A stretch of 59,908 nt of DNA from a virus (taxonomy: Duplodnaviria; Caudoviricetes), in IMG/VR virus record IMGVR_UViG_3300033141_003139, positions 1 through 59,908 of that record; one strand, 5' to 3'. The notes under the pieces are model-generated. The model ran no database searches, had not been told where the DNA came from, and saw only the letters and a list, made by a program, of their open reading frames with translations. Below, in pieces: positions 27,817-36,758 of the stretch (positions are counted from its first letter, which is position 1; every line of letters begins with the position of its first letter). The translations under genes were made by a program, and so were the position numbers.

Positions 27817-29058
27817 ATGCCTAGAGCCAGTCCCTATGTATCTTTTAAGAGGTCGCTAAGAGAGTTATTAGGTCTGAATCAGACCCTTTCCTTGCATTTC
27901 GACCTGGTAATTGCTACAATAGTAGCCAACCGCTGGCCTGGGGATCCATTATGGCTGATGCTGGTAGCTCCTCCTGCGTGGGGTAAGACACTGGCTTTAA
28001 GCTGTACGTACAATGCTTCTGACGAGGTATATCCTCTAACCAAGCTCACGCCTAGAACCCTCGTAAGTGGCTGGGGAGGTGAATATGGTGCTGACGACTG
28101 TTCGTTGATTCCAAAGATCAACGGCAAGGTACTCATGATAGAAGATTTTACCGTTATCATGTGTCTCCGGCATGAGACAATGCTGGAAATACTTTCACAG
28201 TTACGAGCAGCCTACGGCGGGAAGTTAGCCTACGAGTTCGGGACTGGTGCCCAACGTATTTATGACTGTAAGTTCGGACTGGTGGGAGCCGTGACCGACG
28301 TGATAGATACGCATGCAGCGACAATGCAACAGCTTGGTGAACGCTTCTTGAAGTATCGACTGAGAGGCATAGATATGCGGGATCGTATCTCCAGGGCCTT
28401 GGATCAAGCGCATGACAAAGATAACATAATAAAAACTATCACCGGTAAAGTAACAAAAATACTATCCCATGTGGAAAAGGATCCCCCAAAGGTTCCCTTG
28501 CGTTTGAGAGATCGCTTATTCGACATAGCAGGGGTAATAGGAGATTTACGTAGTGAGCCTTACATGGACAGAACCAGGGCCCAGGTAGTATACCGTCCTA
28601 TGCCTGAGTCTCCTCTTAGGTTGGCTTTGCAATTGCAGGCGTTGGCCAAAGGTCTGGCTGCTATTCGTTTGAAGGACAAGGTTACCATTACTGAAATAGA
28701 TGATTGTGCTAGGGTGGCTTGGGATACATTGTCAGGGAGAACTCAAGCTGTATTGCATGCCCTATGGGAGCCGGATGCAGATGGTTCTACTGCGTTATCT
28801 ACTGTGAAGATAGCTAGCAAAACACAGTTAGGCTATCAGGTAGTGCGTAACGACCTGGCGATGTTCCAGTCTATGGGGGCTGCTTACTACACGTCTGCAA
28901 AGGAGTTACGATCCTGTACTGATGAGCCTATACCTGGTAACGAAGGACTCTGGAAGATGAGTGAAGATTTACGTAAAGCATTCAGTCTCTACAATATACC
29001 CGTTGAGCTGGGTGCTCCCTGTGGTTCTTCTTTGAGACGACGATGGGTCAGAAAGTGA
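27817..29058 (+). CDS. AAA+ ATPase, putative replicative helicase
   Basis: Walker A APPAWGKT, Walker B LMIED, GERF Arg-finger-like motif; possible C-terminal winged helix. Confidence 0.65.
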   Translation: MPRASPYVSFKRSLRELLGLNQTLSLHFDLVIATIVANRWPGDPLWLMLVAPPAWGKTLALSCTYNASDEVYPLTKLTPRTLVSGWGGEYGADDCSLIPKINGKVLMIEDFTVIMCLRHETMLEILSQLRAAYGGKLAYEFGTGAQRIYDCKFGLVGAVTDVIDTHAATMQQLGERFLKYRLRGIDMRDRISRALDQAHDKDNIIKTITGKVTKILSHVEKDPPKVPLRLRDRLFDIAGVIGDLRSEPYMDRTRAQVVYRPMPESPLRLALQLQALAKGLAAIRLKDKVTITEIDDCARVAWDTLSGRTQAVLHALWEPDADGSTALSTVKIASKTQLGYQVVRNDLAMFQSMGAAYYTSAKELRSCTDEPIPGNEGLWKMSEDLRKAFSLYNIPVELGAPCGSSLRRRWVRK

Positions 29059-29064
29059 GATAAT

Positions 29065-29544
29065 ATGGATGAAGACGAGCATGCTGGCATTATAATGACA
29101 ACTAAACTTGCTGATGCTACCAGGTCAGCAGCATTGGCTATTGGTAACTTCATTGACGTGCTCATAAAATCACGCTATTTCCACGTTAATGAAAATCGTC
29201 ACCCTAACGAAGGCGGCATTGTTCTAACGCTTAGTTACGCTACGTGCCTGTTATTTGAAGAGTTTACACGAGACAAATACAAGTTCAACAAGCCGGAACA
29301 TGATGCAGCTAAAGAAATAGCGAAGGTTGTTGTAAAACGCATACAAGAAGAAGATGCTATTGCACACTTGATAAAGGACATACGAGATGGAACTGACGAA
29401 CTTTCTGGAGCTAGTAAAGGAACATCCGAAGATGGAGGTAATAGCAACACTGGAAAACCCTTCGAGATTGATATTAGTAGTCTCTTCGGGGGATCCTCAG
29501 AAACCTTACCTCCCAGTGGAAGTAATGGAGACTGCGATACATGA
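29065..29544 (+). CDS. Hypothetical protein
   Basis: ORF whose 3' part overlaps the next gene. Confidence 0.5.
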   Translation: MDEDEHAGIIMTTKLADATRSAALAIGNFIDVLIKSRYFHVNENRHPNEGGIVLTLSYATCLLFEEFTRDKYKFNKPEHDAAKEIAKVVVKRIQEEDAIAHLIKDIRDGTDELSGASKGTSEDGGNSNTGKPFEIDISSLFGGSSETLPPSGSNGDCDT

Positions 29545-29710
29545 TTACTCATGGGCTGAGTTAAGCGACGTAATACTTGGTGGCGATCCGTTTCCTCTCT
29601 ATCACGTCACGAGAATCGTCGGCTATTACAGCAGGGTTGAAAACTGGAATAAATCAAAACTAGGCGAGTTGAAGGATCGCCGTCAAGGTAGTTACGTACT
29701 ACAGGAGTAA
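29387..29710 (+). CDS. Small NrdD C-terminal-like glycyl-radical motif protein
   Basis: VTRIVGYYSRVENWNKSKLGELKDR matches the class III RNR C-terminal motif. Confidence 0.7.
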   Translation: MELTNFLELVKEHPKMEVIATLENPSRLILVVSSGDPQKPYLPVEVMETAIHDYSWAELSDVILGGDPFPLYHVTRIVGYYSRVENWNKSKLGELKDRRQGSYVLQE

Positions 29711-29713
29711 CAA

Positions 29714-29941
29714 ATGCCAGGGATGAAAGGAGTTCCCCAGGAACGGGTAGGAGCTAAAAAAGTTCATCTTAATGGAAAAGCAGCCAGAAGACGAGTATGC
29801 CTGCGATGTACCAGGACGTTCATGTCTGAAGGTCCCTGGCATCGTATATGCCCCACGTGTCAGCGCCGTGAGGATGCAGCAATTACACCTGGGGCAGCTC
29901 GTGGCAGAGTTGATGCTTCCTTGGAGAAAGAAAAACAATGA
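29714..29941 (+). CDS. Small zinc-finger protein
   Basis: CLRC...FMSEGPWHRICPTC. Confidence 0.7.
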   Translation: MPGMKGVPQERVGAKKVHLNGKAARRRVCLRCTRTFMSEGPWHRICPTCQRREDAAITPGAARGRVDASLEKEKQ

Positions 29942-30162
29942 CTACAAGACTCGAAGATGCAGACATGATCAATCATCCGCCACATTATTGTCATGGTGGT
30001 ATTGAAGTGATTGATGTCATAGAGGCATGGGAGTTGAATTTCAGACTGGCGAACGTGATTAAGTACATAGCCAGGGCCGACTTCAAGGATACACCTTTGC
30101 AAGATCTAAAGAAAGCCCAGTGGTACTTGAACCGTGAGATTGCAAAACGCAAGGAGAAATAA
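29938..30162 (+). CDS. DUF3310-like protein
   Basis: INHPPHY..GGIEVID..NVIKYIARA..DLKKAQWYL. Confidence 0.9.
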   Translation: MTTRLEDADMINHPPHYCHGGIEVIDVIEAWELNFRLANVIKYIARADFKDTPLQDLKKAQWYLNREIAKRKEK

Positions 30163-30166
30163 TCTA

Positions 30167-30625
30167 ATGGAACCTGAACCAACTACATGCATGCGATGTG
30201 GAAGAACACTAGGTCCTGATGACTATCCAGCTCTTTACATAGGCGAACTGACTTCAGACATAACGCATATTGACCTTTGTGAAGAACATGCTGAGGAACT
30301 GGACAATCTAGTCGAAAATTACATATCACATCGTACAAGAAATTCTTCGGCGATAAATCCTAATATTATCTCCATAGGACAATACTACATGGAGCCTGGA
30401 ACCGTCAGAGACCCTGTATTGTACTTTTTAGCCAGGCCAACCCATTACAAGGCTGTACTGGTAAATACCAAGACTGGTAACAGGTGGGTGGACCCAGTAA
30501 CAGTAACTAATCCTCGTAACATAACAACGCAAGAGTGGAGCAGAATAGTGGGCAGTCATTATGATGCCCACGAATGGAAACTCCAAGCGGTAACCTTCAA
30601 TAGTAATGCAGAGGACTCAACATGA
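30167..30625 (+). CDS. Hypothetical protein with an N-terminal Zn-binding motif
   Basis: CMRC...LCEEH. Confidence 0.55.
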   Translation: MEPEPTTCMRCGRTLGPDDYPALYIGELTSDITHIDLCEEHAEELDNLVENYISHRTRNSSAINPNIISIGQYYMEPGTVRDPVLYFLARPTHYKAVLVNTKTGNRWVDPVTVTNPRNITTQEWSRIVGSHYDAHEWKLQAVTFNSNAEDST

Positions 30626-30793
30626 AAAGGTAATATAAAACCCCTGGTAGTACAAGCACATCATTCAAAGGAGGCGCCTATGACATAAAGTAATAACATC
30701 CTGCTTAGTAATACAGCCCGCCAGGCAAGTAAAATCCCCCCTATTGGTGGTAACGTTTTTACTTTTCGGAATATTCCAAAGAAGGAAACCAGT

Positions 30794-31012
30794 ATGATTA
30801 CAGTATTATTCATCAATAATAGTGGTGGTGGTTTTGCAGACTATGTTACCATTGAGCCTAACGTGAGTGTCGGTGAATTCTTTATATCTCACATGGGTGG
30901 TAACCCCGCTGACTTCATGATTCGTGTTAATCGCCAGCCAGTGGCGAGAGATTACGTCTTGAAGGAGGGTGATCGTATCACCATTACCCCAACAAAAATA
31001 GATGGTGCTTAA
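30794..31012 (+). CDS. Ubiquitin-like (ThiS/MoaD beta-grasp) protein
   Basis: [22 protein letters not shown]; ends in KIDGA. Confidence 0.85.
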   Translation: MITVLFINNSGGGFADYVTIEPNVSVGEFFISHMGGNPADFMIRVNRQPVARDYVLKEGDRITITPTKIDGA

Positions 31013-31027
31013 GCAAGGATAACCATC

Positions 31028-31065
31028 GGGGGGCGTATCCTCAAGGGGGTACGCCTCCCTTTTTT
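31028..31065 (+). terminator. Terminator/attenuator after the Ubl gene
   Basis: GGGGGGCGTATCCTC/GGGGGTACGCCTCCC stem plus T6. Confidence 0.7.
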
Positions 31066-31078
31066 ATAGGGGTTATAG

Positions 31079-32131
31079 ATGGACAAACAATTACTTATGA
31101 TTTCTAAGCTGGTACATAAGGCGTTGATAAAACGCTATCTTGACAGGTACCGCATAATAGAATATTGTACAAACGAGATTGCTAACTTATCAAAACAGAT
31201 GGCTTGTAAAGGCCAACGTCACAAGCATTATTTAGCTCTCGAAGAGATTGACAACGCTACTAAAATTGCGTATGGCATTGCAAGTAGGACTAATACTTTA
31301 CAACGCTATACAGGGGATTTATCTTCAGCTTTATCCAGGCTGAAAGCCCCACGGGACCAACGTTATATCTACAAGGATTTAGTAGCCCTACAACAGGAGT
31401 TCGATGTTGTTGGTTACGATCATAACAGCCGGTGTTTAGGTGTTACTACTGAGCCTATAATTTTACATGGTATTAACCTGGGTCCGTTCAGCATTGAATT
31501 GATGATAGACGCCCTTCCCTGTCCTGATGATTCATGTTGTTGTAGAGTCGTAGCATTGTCCCCTAATCCTTCATCTTGTAATGAGTATGTAACCCATCCG
31601 CACGTAGAAGAAGAGACGATTTGCCTTGGCCAAGCGAAACAAGCTGTTGCTGAAGCGCTGGACGATAGTCGTATACTAGATGTATTCATGCTTATTGCAG
31701 GAGTACTACGCAACTATAACAGTGATTCTCCTTTCGTGAAACTGGAAAACTGGTATGGTGAACCCTGTTATAATTGCGGCGCTATTTGTGATAATAACTC
31801 TGAACTTCACACATGTGAATTTTGCGAGCATTTATTTTGCCCTGATTGTATAGGCACATGCGGATATTGTTCAGCGAGCGTATGTGTAAATTGCATGGAA
31901 TACTGCAACACTTGTGAAGAGTATTACTGTTCCAACTGCGTTTGTGTGTGTCCTCATTGTGAGAGACCTGTTTGTACTGCCTGTTTAGAAGGTGACGGCT
32001 GTGTATGCCAGGAGGAGTCTGAAAATGTTCAACAAGTGGCTTCAGTTCAAGAAAGAACCCAAGGTGTTGCCACCCAAGACGTTCAAGCAGCAAGTGGACA
32101 CTGGACGATCCAGTATCGTCCTGCAACCTAA
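31079..32131 (+). CDS. Prokaryotic E2-like conjugating protein with C-terminal CxxC repeats
   Basis: HPHVEEETICLG (E2 HPN...C-like); many CxxC pairs; lies between Ubl and JAB. Confidence 0.7.
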   Translation: MDKQLLMISKLVHKALIKRYLDRYRIIEYCTNEIANLSKQMACKGQRHKHYLALEEIDNATKIAYGIASRTNTLQRYTGDLSSALSRLKAPRDQRYIYKDLVALQQEFDVVGYDHNSRCLGVTTEPIILHGINLGPFSIELMIDALPCPDDSCCCRVVALSPNPSSCNEYVTHPHVEEETICLGQAKQAVAEALDDSRILDVFMLIAGVLRNYNSDSPFVKLENWYGEPCYNCGAICDNNSELHTCEFCEHLFCPDCIGTCGYCSASVCVNCMEYCNTCEEYYCSNCVCVCPHCERPVCTACLEGDGCVCQEESENVQQVASVQERTQGVATQDVQAASGHWTIQYRPAT

Positions 32132-32141
32132 AGGAGCACAC

Positions 32142-32942
32142 ATGAAGAAAATGAACGATACTATCCTGCGGTTTACACCTACGGCCTGGGCCAAGCTCTT
32201 GTTTTTCAGGGATCTCGGCAAAACAGAAATAGGTGGCTTTGGTATAACGAAACCAGATGACCTTCTGTTGGTCACCGATTTTGTTACTGTTAAACAGAAT
32301 GTTAGCATGGCCAGTGTAAAATTTGATGATACAGCTGTTGCTGACTTTTTTGAAGACCAGGTGGCTGCCGGTCGTCATCCAAGAGAATTCGCACGTATAT
32401 GGGTGCACACCCATCCGATGATGAGTCCTTCGCCCAGTGGAGTAGACGAGGAAACTTTCGAGCGTGTGTTTGGTAGTTGTGATTGGGCTATTATGTTCAT
32501 AATAAGCTCTACTTCTAAAACCTACTGCAAGTTGTATCTCAACGTTGGGCTGAGTATTGCTATTGACATCCCAGTTGAGGTCAGCTATACAAATGAATTC
32601 GGCCCTAGTGATTTTGCCGCCTGGAAAGCAGAGTACGAGGCTAATATATGCAAGGAAGTCTACAGCATCAGCAAGAAACATACTAGTAAAGTATTCAAGG
32701 ACGGCATTTGGAGTGAGGAACCAGGATCACTTGACGATGAAATTTTTGATGATGATGACGATGATGATGATGATGATACAATTGACGTTGCCGAAGGGTT
32801 GGTTATCAATGAACAATACGATGATGAACCTCCCATGGAATGGGCTGAAGAACTAGAGGCAATGACCGAAGAAGAACGAGCTGAATTCTTGCAGGATCTA
32901 TATGATTATCCAGACGAATTAAGGAGTAGCAAATGGATGTAA
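32142..32942 (+). CDS. JAB/MPN metalloprotease (alternative start at 32025)
   Basis: EIGGFG...WVHTHP..SPSPSGVD JAMM motif; acidic tail. Confidence 0.85.
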   Translation: MKKMNDTILRFTPTAWAKLLFFRDLGKTEIGGFGITKPDDLLLVTDFVTVKQNVSMASVKFDDTAVADFFEDQVAAGRHPREFARIWVHTHPMMSPSPSGVDEETFERVFGSCDWAIMFIISSTSKTYCKLYLNVGLSIAIDIPVEVSYTNEFGPSDFAAWKAEYEANICKEVYSISKKHTSKVFKDGIWSEEPGSLDDEIFDDDDDDDDDDTIDVAEGLVINEQYDDEPPMEWAEELEAMTEEERAEFLQDLYDYPDELRSSKWM

Positions 32943-33598
32943 TAGCAGATGAACGTTATAGCAGGCAAGCTGACATAATCCCAGCTGAAAAACTGGATGA
33001 AATAAAGCCCACTGTTATAGGGGTTGGAGCCATAGGCAGGCAGGTTGCATTGCAACTTGCAGCAATCGGAGTGAGTAGTCTCCAATTGATTGACCATGAC
33101 ACAGTAGAAGAAAGCAATATAGCCAGCCAGGGTTTTTATGAGACGGATATGTCCTGCTGGAAGGTTGATGCTGTAAAGCATACATGTACAAGCATCAATT
33201 GCCTGCTGCAAGTGGAAGCGAAGCATGAGCGTTTCAAACGCAGTCATACCGTGGGCAACATTGTATTTTGTTGTGTTGATGATATACAGACACGTAAGAT
33301 GGTAAATGATGTTGTCCACGCTGACTTATTTATTGATGGCCGCATGTCAGCTGAAGTGCTCAGGGTTCTAACTGTATGGGACTTCAAGACGAATGATTAC
33401 TACAAGGGAACGTTATTTACTTCAGAAGAGGCTTATGCTGGTTCATGCACGGCCAAGACGACTATTTACTGTGCAAATATAGCAGCGGCCTTGATGGTAT
33501 CCCAGTTGACCAAGTGGTTGCGAAGGATACCACTTGAACGAGATTTTACATTGAATATACTAACGAATGAACTTACGCTGGGAAATCCAGAAGGATAA
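32933..33598 (+). CDS. ThiF/E1-like activating enzyme
   Basis: RYSRQ, GVGAIG, DHDTVEESNIASQ, CVDDIQTR, DGRM, GSCT. Confidence 0.92.
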   Translation: MDVIADERYSRQADIIPAEKLDEIKPTVIGVGAIGRQVALQLAAIGVSSLQLIDHDTVEESNIASQGFYETDMSCWKVDAVKHTCTSINCLLQVEAKHERFKRSHTVGNIVFCCVDDIQTRKMVNDVVHADLFIDGRMSAEVLRVLTVWDFKTNDYYKGTLFTSEEAYAGSCTAKTTIYCANIAAALMVSQLTKWLRRIPLERDFTLNILTNELTLGNPEG

Positions 33599-33634
33599 AT
33601 CAATACAAGAACCTGAAAAACAGAAATACCAGGT

Positions 33635-33919
33635 ATGAAACGACGACACAGGAAATGGGACCGACGACAGAGGAGAGTATATTATCTCACAGAGGACATG
33701 GAGTATCGCTGGTGTGCATGTGGTGATCGGGCAACGGTTGTTGTTGGTAAGACGGCATATTGTCCTGATTGCGCGAATGAAGTGCTAACGGACAACGTGC
33801 ATGATAACGTTGAGAAGATTATGAATGAAAACGCCGCTCGATCGGGAGGCAGTTCAGGACGATTTCATAACGACGGTTGTCTGGACAATGGGGTTCGGGC
33901 GTTGGAAGATGCATCATAA
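33635..33919 (+). CDS. Small zinc-finger protein
   Basis: CACG...YCPDC. Confidence 0.55.
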   Translation: MKRRHRKWDRRQRRVYYLTEDMEYRWCACGDRATVVVGKTAYCPDCANEVLTDNVHDNVEKIMNENAARSGGSSGRFHNDGCLDNGVRALEDAS

Positions 33920-34042
33920 TGTTGCAATATGCGGCACCTGGGCCGGTAGGCTAGCGGCAAAGCCGAGGTCGCCGGTCGGGTGCCGCGGCACCACAAAATC
34001 TTAAGGAGAGAAAAATGAAAAAAAAAAAGGAAGAAGGAAGAT

Positions 34043-34315
34043 ATGAATTACTTTGCGTGGTATGGCACTGTATTGGGCAATGACGGGCATACTCTTGGCC
34101 ACACGGTCAACGGTCAAGTTGTCCGAGCATCGGCCCGCATCCCGCTGGGTCGCTGGCTGTGGCTCGCTGAATCACGACGATCATGGCGTAACATGACAAT
34201 GAAGGAAACCGTTGAATGCGTGGGGGAATATTATCGGTGGACTCATCCTGAGATTGATTGGGAACATTACGATTGGGAGCAATACAGTAAGAAACAGAAG
34301 GAGAAGTATCATTAA
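34043..34315 (+). CDS. Hypothetical protein
   Basis: Purine-rich RBS region upstream. Confidence 0.5.
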   Translation: MNYFAWYGTVLGNDGHTLGHTVNGQVVRASARIPLGRWLWLAESRRSWRNMTMKETVECVGEYYRWTHPEIDWEHYDWEQYSKKQKEKYH

Positions 34316-35114
34316 CATTAACCTGAACGTCCTCAAAGCTGAACCAGCTAAAGAATACTATGCCAAGGCAGGCGAATATCTCACCAGCCCACAATTGCTG
34401 GATTTTATGAAGTGTCCTTGGCTGTACCACAAGAAGCAGCTCGGTCTAATAGCTGAAGAGTACACGTCCGTACTACTGATCGATAGTGCCGCTCGCTGTC
34501 GGATTCTCGAAGGTCGGGACGCCTATGAGGCACAGTTCGCTTTCGATGGCCCCATCGATCCCAAGACGAACAAACCCTTCGATTCGAAAATAAAGGCCTT
34601 CGCTGAGTGGGCACATGCCCAAGGTAAACCCGTGCTGCCGCACGATCAGGCCGAACTCATCGAGCAGATGGCTTCCGGCGTCGCCATGAACGACGAGGCT
34701 GTTGACCTGCTGCTGTATGGCCGAGCTGAAGGCGTTGTTCGTGCTGAGTATTGTGGTGTGCCGTGTCAGATTCGCATTGATTGGATGCATCCACAGCGAG
34801 GTATTGTGGATTTCAAGACTTGCGATGACCTGACGTGGTTCGAGGCGGATGCCAGGCGTTACGGCTACCACTGGCAGATGGCGTTCTACCGTGCTATCCT
34901 CGCCCAACCTCTCGACGGTTTACTGGTGCCGGTTCATCTCGTCGCAGTCGAGAAGAAAGAACCCTTCCGCTGTGGTGTGTGGAGTGTCAGCGATGACACG
35001 CTGGCCATCGCCCAACGCGAGAACGAGGCGGCGATCCGTCGACTGGTGAATTGTCGTAAGCAAGATCATTGGCCAACCGGCTACGAGGAGGTCCGCATCC
35101 TCGACATTGCATGA
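34308..35114 (+). CDS. PD-(D/E)XK exonuclease VIII-like (DUF3799-type) protein; start uncertain
   Basis: CQIRIDW, IVDFKT, YHWQMAFY, AVEKKEPF. Confidence 0.8.
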   Translation: MININLNVLKAEPAKEYYAKAGEYLTSPQLLDFMKCPWLYHKKQLGLIAEEYTSVLLIDSAARCRILEGRDAYEAQFAFDGPIDPKTNKPFDSKIKAFAEWAHAQGKPVLPHDQAELIEQMASGVAMNDEAVDLLLYGRAEGVVRAEYCGVPCQIRIDWMHPQRGIVDFKTCDDLTWFEADARRYGYHWQMAFYRAILAQPLDGLLVPVHLVAVEKKEPFRCGVWSVSDDTLAIAQRENEAAIRRLVNCRKQDHWPTGYEEVRILDIA

Positions 35115-35163
35115 ATCTTTGAACATGGTTAATATTAAAACTCTAACTTCGAGGAGATTGACA

Positions 35164-35865
35164 ATGGCTAACCTGAATGGATTTGACGCACGCACTGTTG
35201 AACCTGCTGTTGCTATTGATCTTGAACCGATCCCTGCTGGCAAGTATATTGCTGCGATCACCGAAAGCGAGATGAAACCTACCAAGAGCGGATCAGGCAG
35301 TTATCTCCAACTGTCCTTCACCATCCTGAAAGGCGAGTACAAGAACCGTGTCCTCGGGGCGCGGCTGAACCTTTATAGTCCTAATGCCACGGTAGTCGAG
35401 AACGCACGAGCGGAACTGTCGGCGATCTGTCACGCGGTCGGTGTATTGACGCCGAAGGACTCAGTAGAACTTCATAACTTGCCGCTAATAATCACGGTCA
35501 AGATTGTAAAGCGTTTCGATACAGGTGACTTGGTCAATGAGATTATAGGCTACGCCGAAAGGAAAGTTGCGGTCCATCAGATTCAGCGGACTTTTCCTGC
35601 TGATGACGTCGAAAAGGTTGATACAGAGAGTGTATGCACTTGTAAGATGCTTCCCTCTGATTATATGATCGATAAGATGCAAGCTGACGGATATGTTTTG
35701 ATGAATGCGTTTGTTGATCGCTTCGGTCTCTATGATTTGACTTTTCATCGTTGGGATAACGGTGATATTATTTCAGTAGACAGTGCTGAGACGTGGCGAG
35801 ATGCAATCTGTAATATATATGCAAAATTCTTGAAAAGTAGGAGTACCACTGATGGCAGAGAATGA
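35164..35865 (+). CDS. Second DUF669-like SSB with an unrelated C-terminal extension
   Basis: MANLNGFDA..EP..IPAGKY..SEMKPTKSGSGSYLQL; GAGGAG RBS. Confidence 0.8.
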   Translation: MANLNGFDARTVEPAVAIDLEPIPAGKYIAAITESEMKPTKSGSGSYLQLSFTILKGEYKNRVLGARLNLYSPNATVVENARAELSAICHAVGVLTPKDSVELHNLPLIITVKIVKRFDTGDLVNEIIGYAERKVAVHQIQRTFPADDVEKVDTESVCTCKMLPSDYMIDKMQADGYVLMNAFVDRFGLYDLTFHRWDNGDIISVDSAETWRDAICNIYAKFLKSRSTTDGRE

Positions 35866-36049
35866 GACCAAGCGAATTTACAAACGGATAATCAGCAATT
35901 GTATAATGTGCCCGAACGCCCATGATGTCTTTCCGTGGCGAGGCACGTGGTGGTGTATGGCAGCTAAGCGGACTGTCGACGATCCGGAAGGGCCAATACC
36001 GGACTGGTGTCCGCTGGAGACGGCAGACACTGAACAGAGGACCTTGTAG
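35852..36049 (+). CDS. Small Cys-rich protein
   Basis: CIMCP...IPDWCPL. Confidence 0.65.
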   Translation: MAENETKRIYKRIISNCIMCPNAHDVFPWRGTWWCMAAKRTVDDPEGPIPDWCPLETADTEQRTL

Positions 36050-36085
36050 AAGCAATAATATCTAATACAAAAAGGAGGATTCAGT

Positions 36086-36379
36086 ATGTCACATCCGTTA
36101 GTAGTGCACTGTAAGAAGTCGAAGTTTGACGTTTACATAGGTAGACGGTGCGGGAGCTTTCCAGCAAGTTTCTGGGCGAATCCCTTTCGTATTGGTAAGG
36201 ATGGAACGAGAGAAGAGGTGATTGAGAAATATAAACAGCGCCTTCTAAATTCTCCAGTTATGCTCAAGAGGCTTGGGGAATTAAAAGGCAAAGTTCTTGG
36301 CTGTTGGTGTGCTCCTCTTCCTTGTCATGGGGATGTGTTAGCTGAGATGGCTAACGAAAGTGAGGAACAAGGAGAATAA
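36086..36379 (+). CDS. DUF4326-like protein
   Basis: DVYIGR..WANPF..LGCWCAPLPCHGDVL. Confidence 0.9.
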   Translation: MSHPLVVHCKKSKFDVYIGRRCGSFPASFWANPFRIGKDGTREEVIEKYKQRLLNSPVMLKRLGELKGKVLGCWCAPLPCHGDVLAEMANESEEQGE

Positions 36380-36380
36380 G

Positions 36381-36758
36381 ATGACCTACAAGGAGATGTT
36401 GCCGCTGATGGGGCAGATTGTTACAGTAAGAACAACGCTAAGACGATACCACGAAGGTAATTATGGCAGGGTGTGGCGCTCTGTCCCTTGTCACAAACCT
36501 TGGGCAGGCTGGGTTGTAGGTTTCAGGCACAAACACAATGGGACTGTTGATCATCCTTTTTATCATGCTATGCTCGGCAAATCTACACCCTTCACTATAA
36601 TTAGTAGTATCCCTTGTATGATGGTTGCTCCCTGCCCCACGATGAATGCAATACCTGTGCCGCTTGATGGATACGAGTTAGGCGGCAAGCCTGAACCACC
36701 TGACAATGGAGGTTGGCGTAGTTATAAGGCATTCGCAAAGGAGCCAGAAAATGAATAG
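36381..36758 (+). CDS. Hypothetical protein
   Basis: AAGGAG RBS. Confidence 0.6.
   Translation: MTYKEMLPLMGQIVTVRTTLRRYHEGNYGRVWRSVPCHKPWAGWVVGFRHKHNGTVDHPFYHAMLGKSTPFTIISSIPCMMVAPCPTMNAIPVPLDGYELGGKPEPPDNGGWRSYKAFAKEPENE

Noticed and set aside
30794-33598. Thiamine or molybdopterin biosynthesis operon
   Set aside because: No ThiG, MoaE or sulfurtransferase; the E2-like and JAB genes point to conjugation
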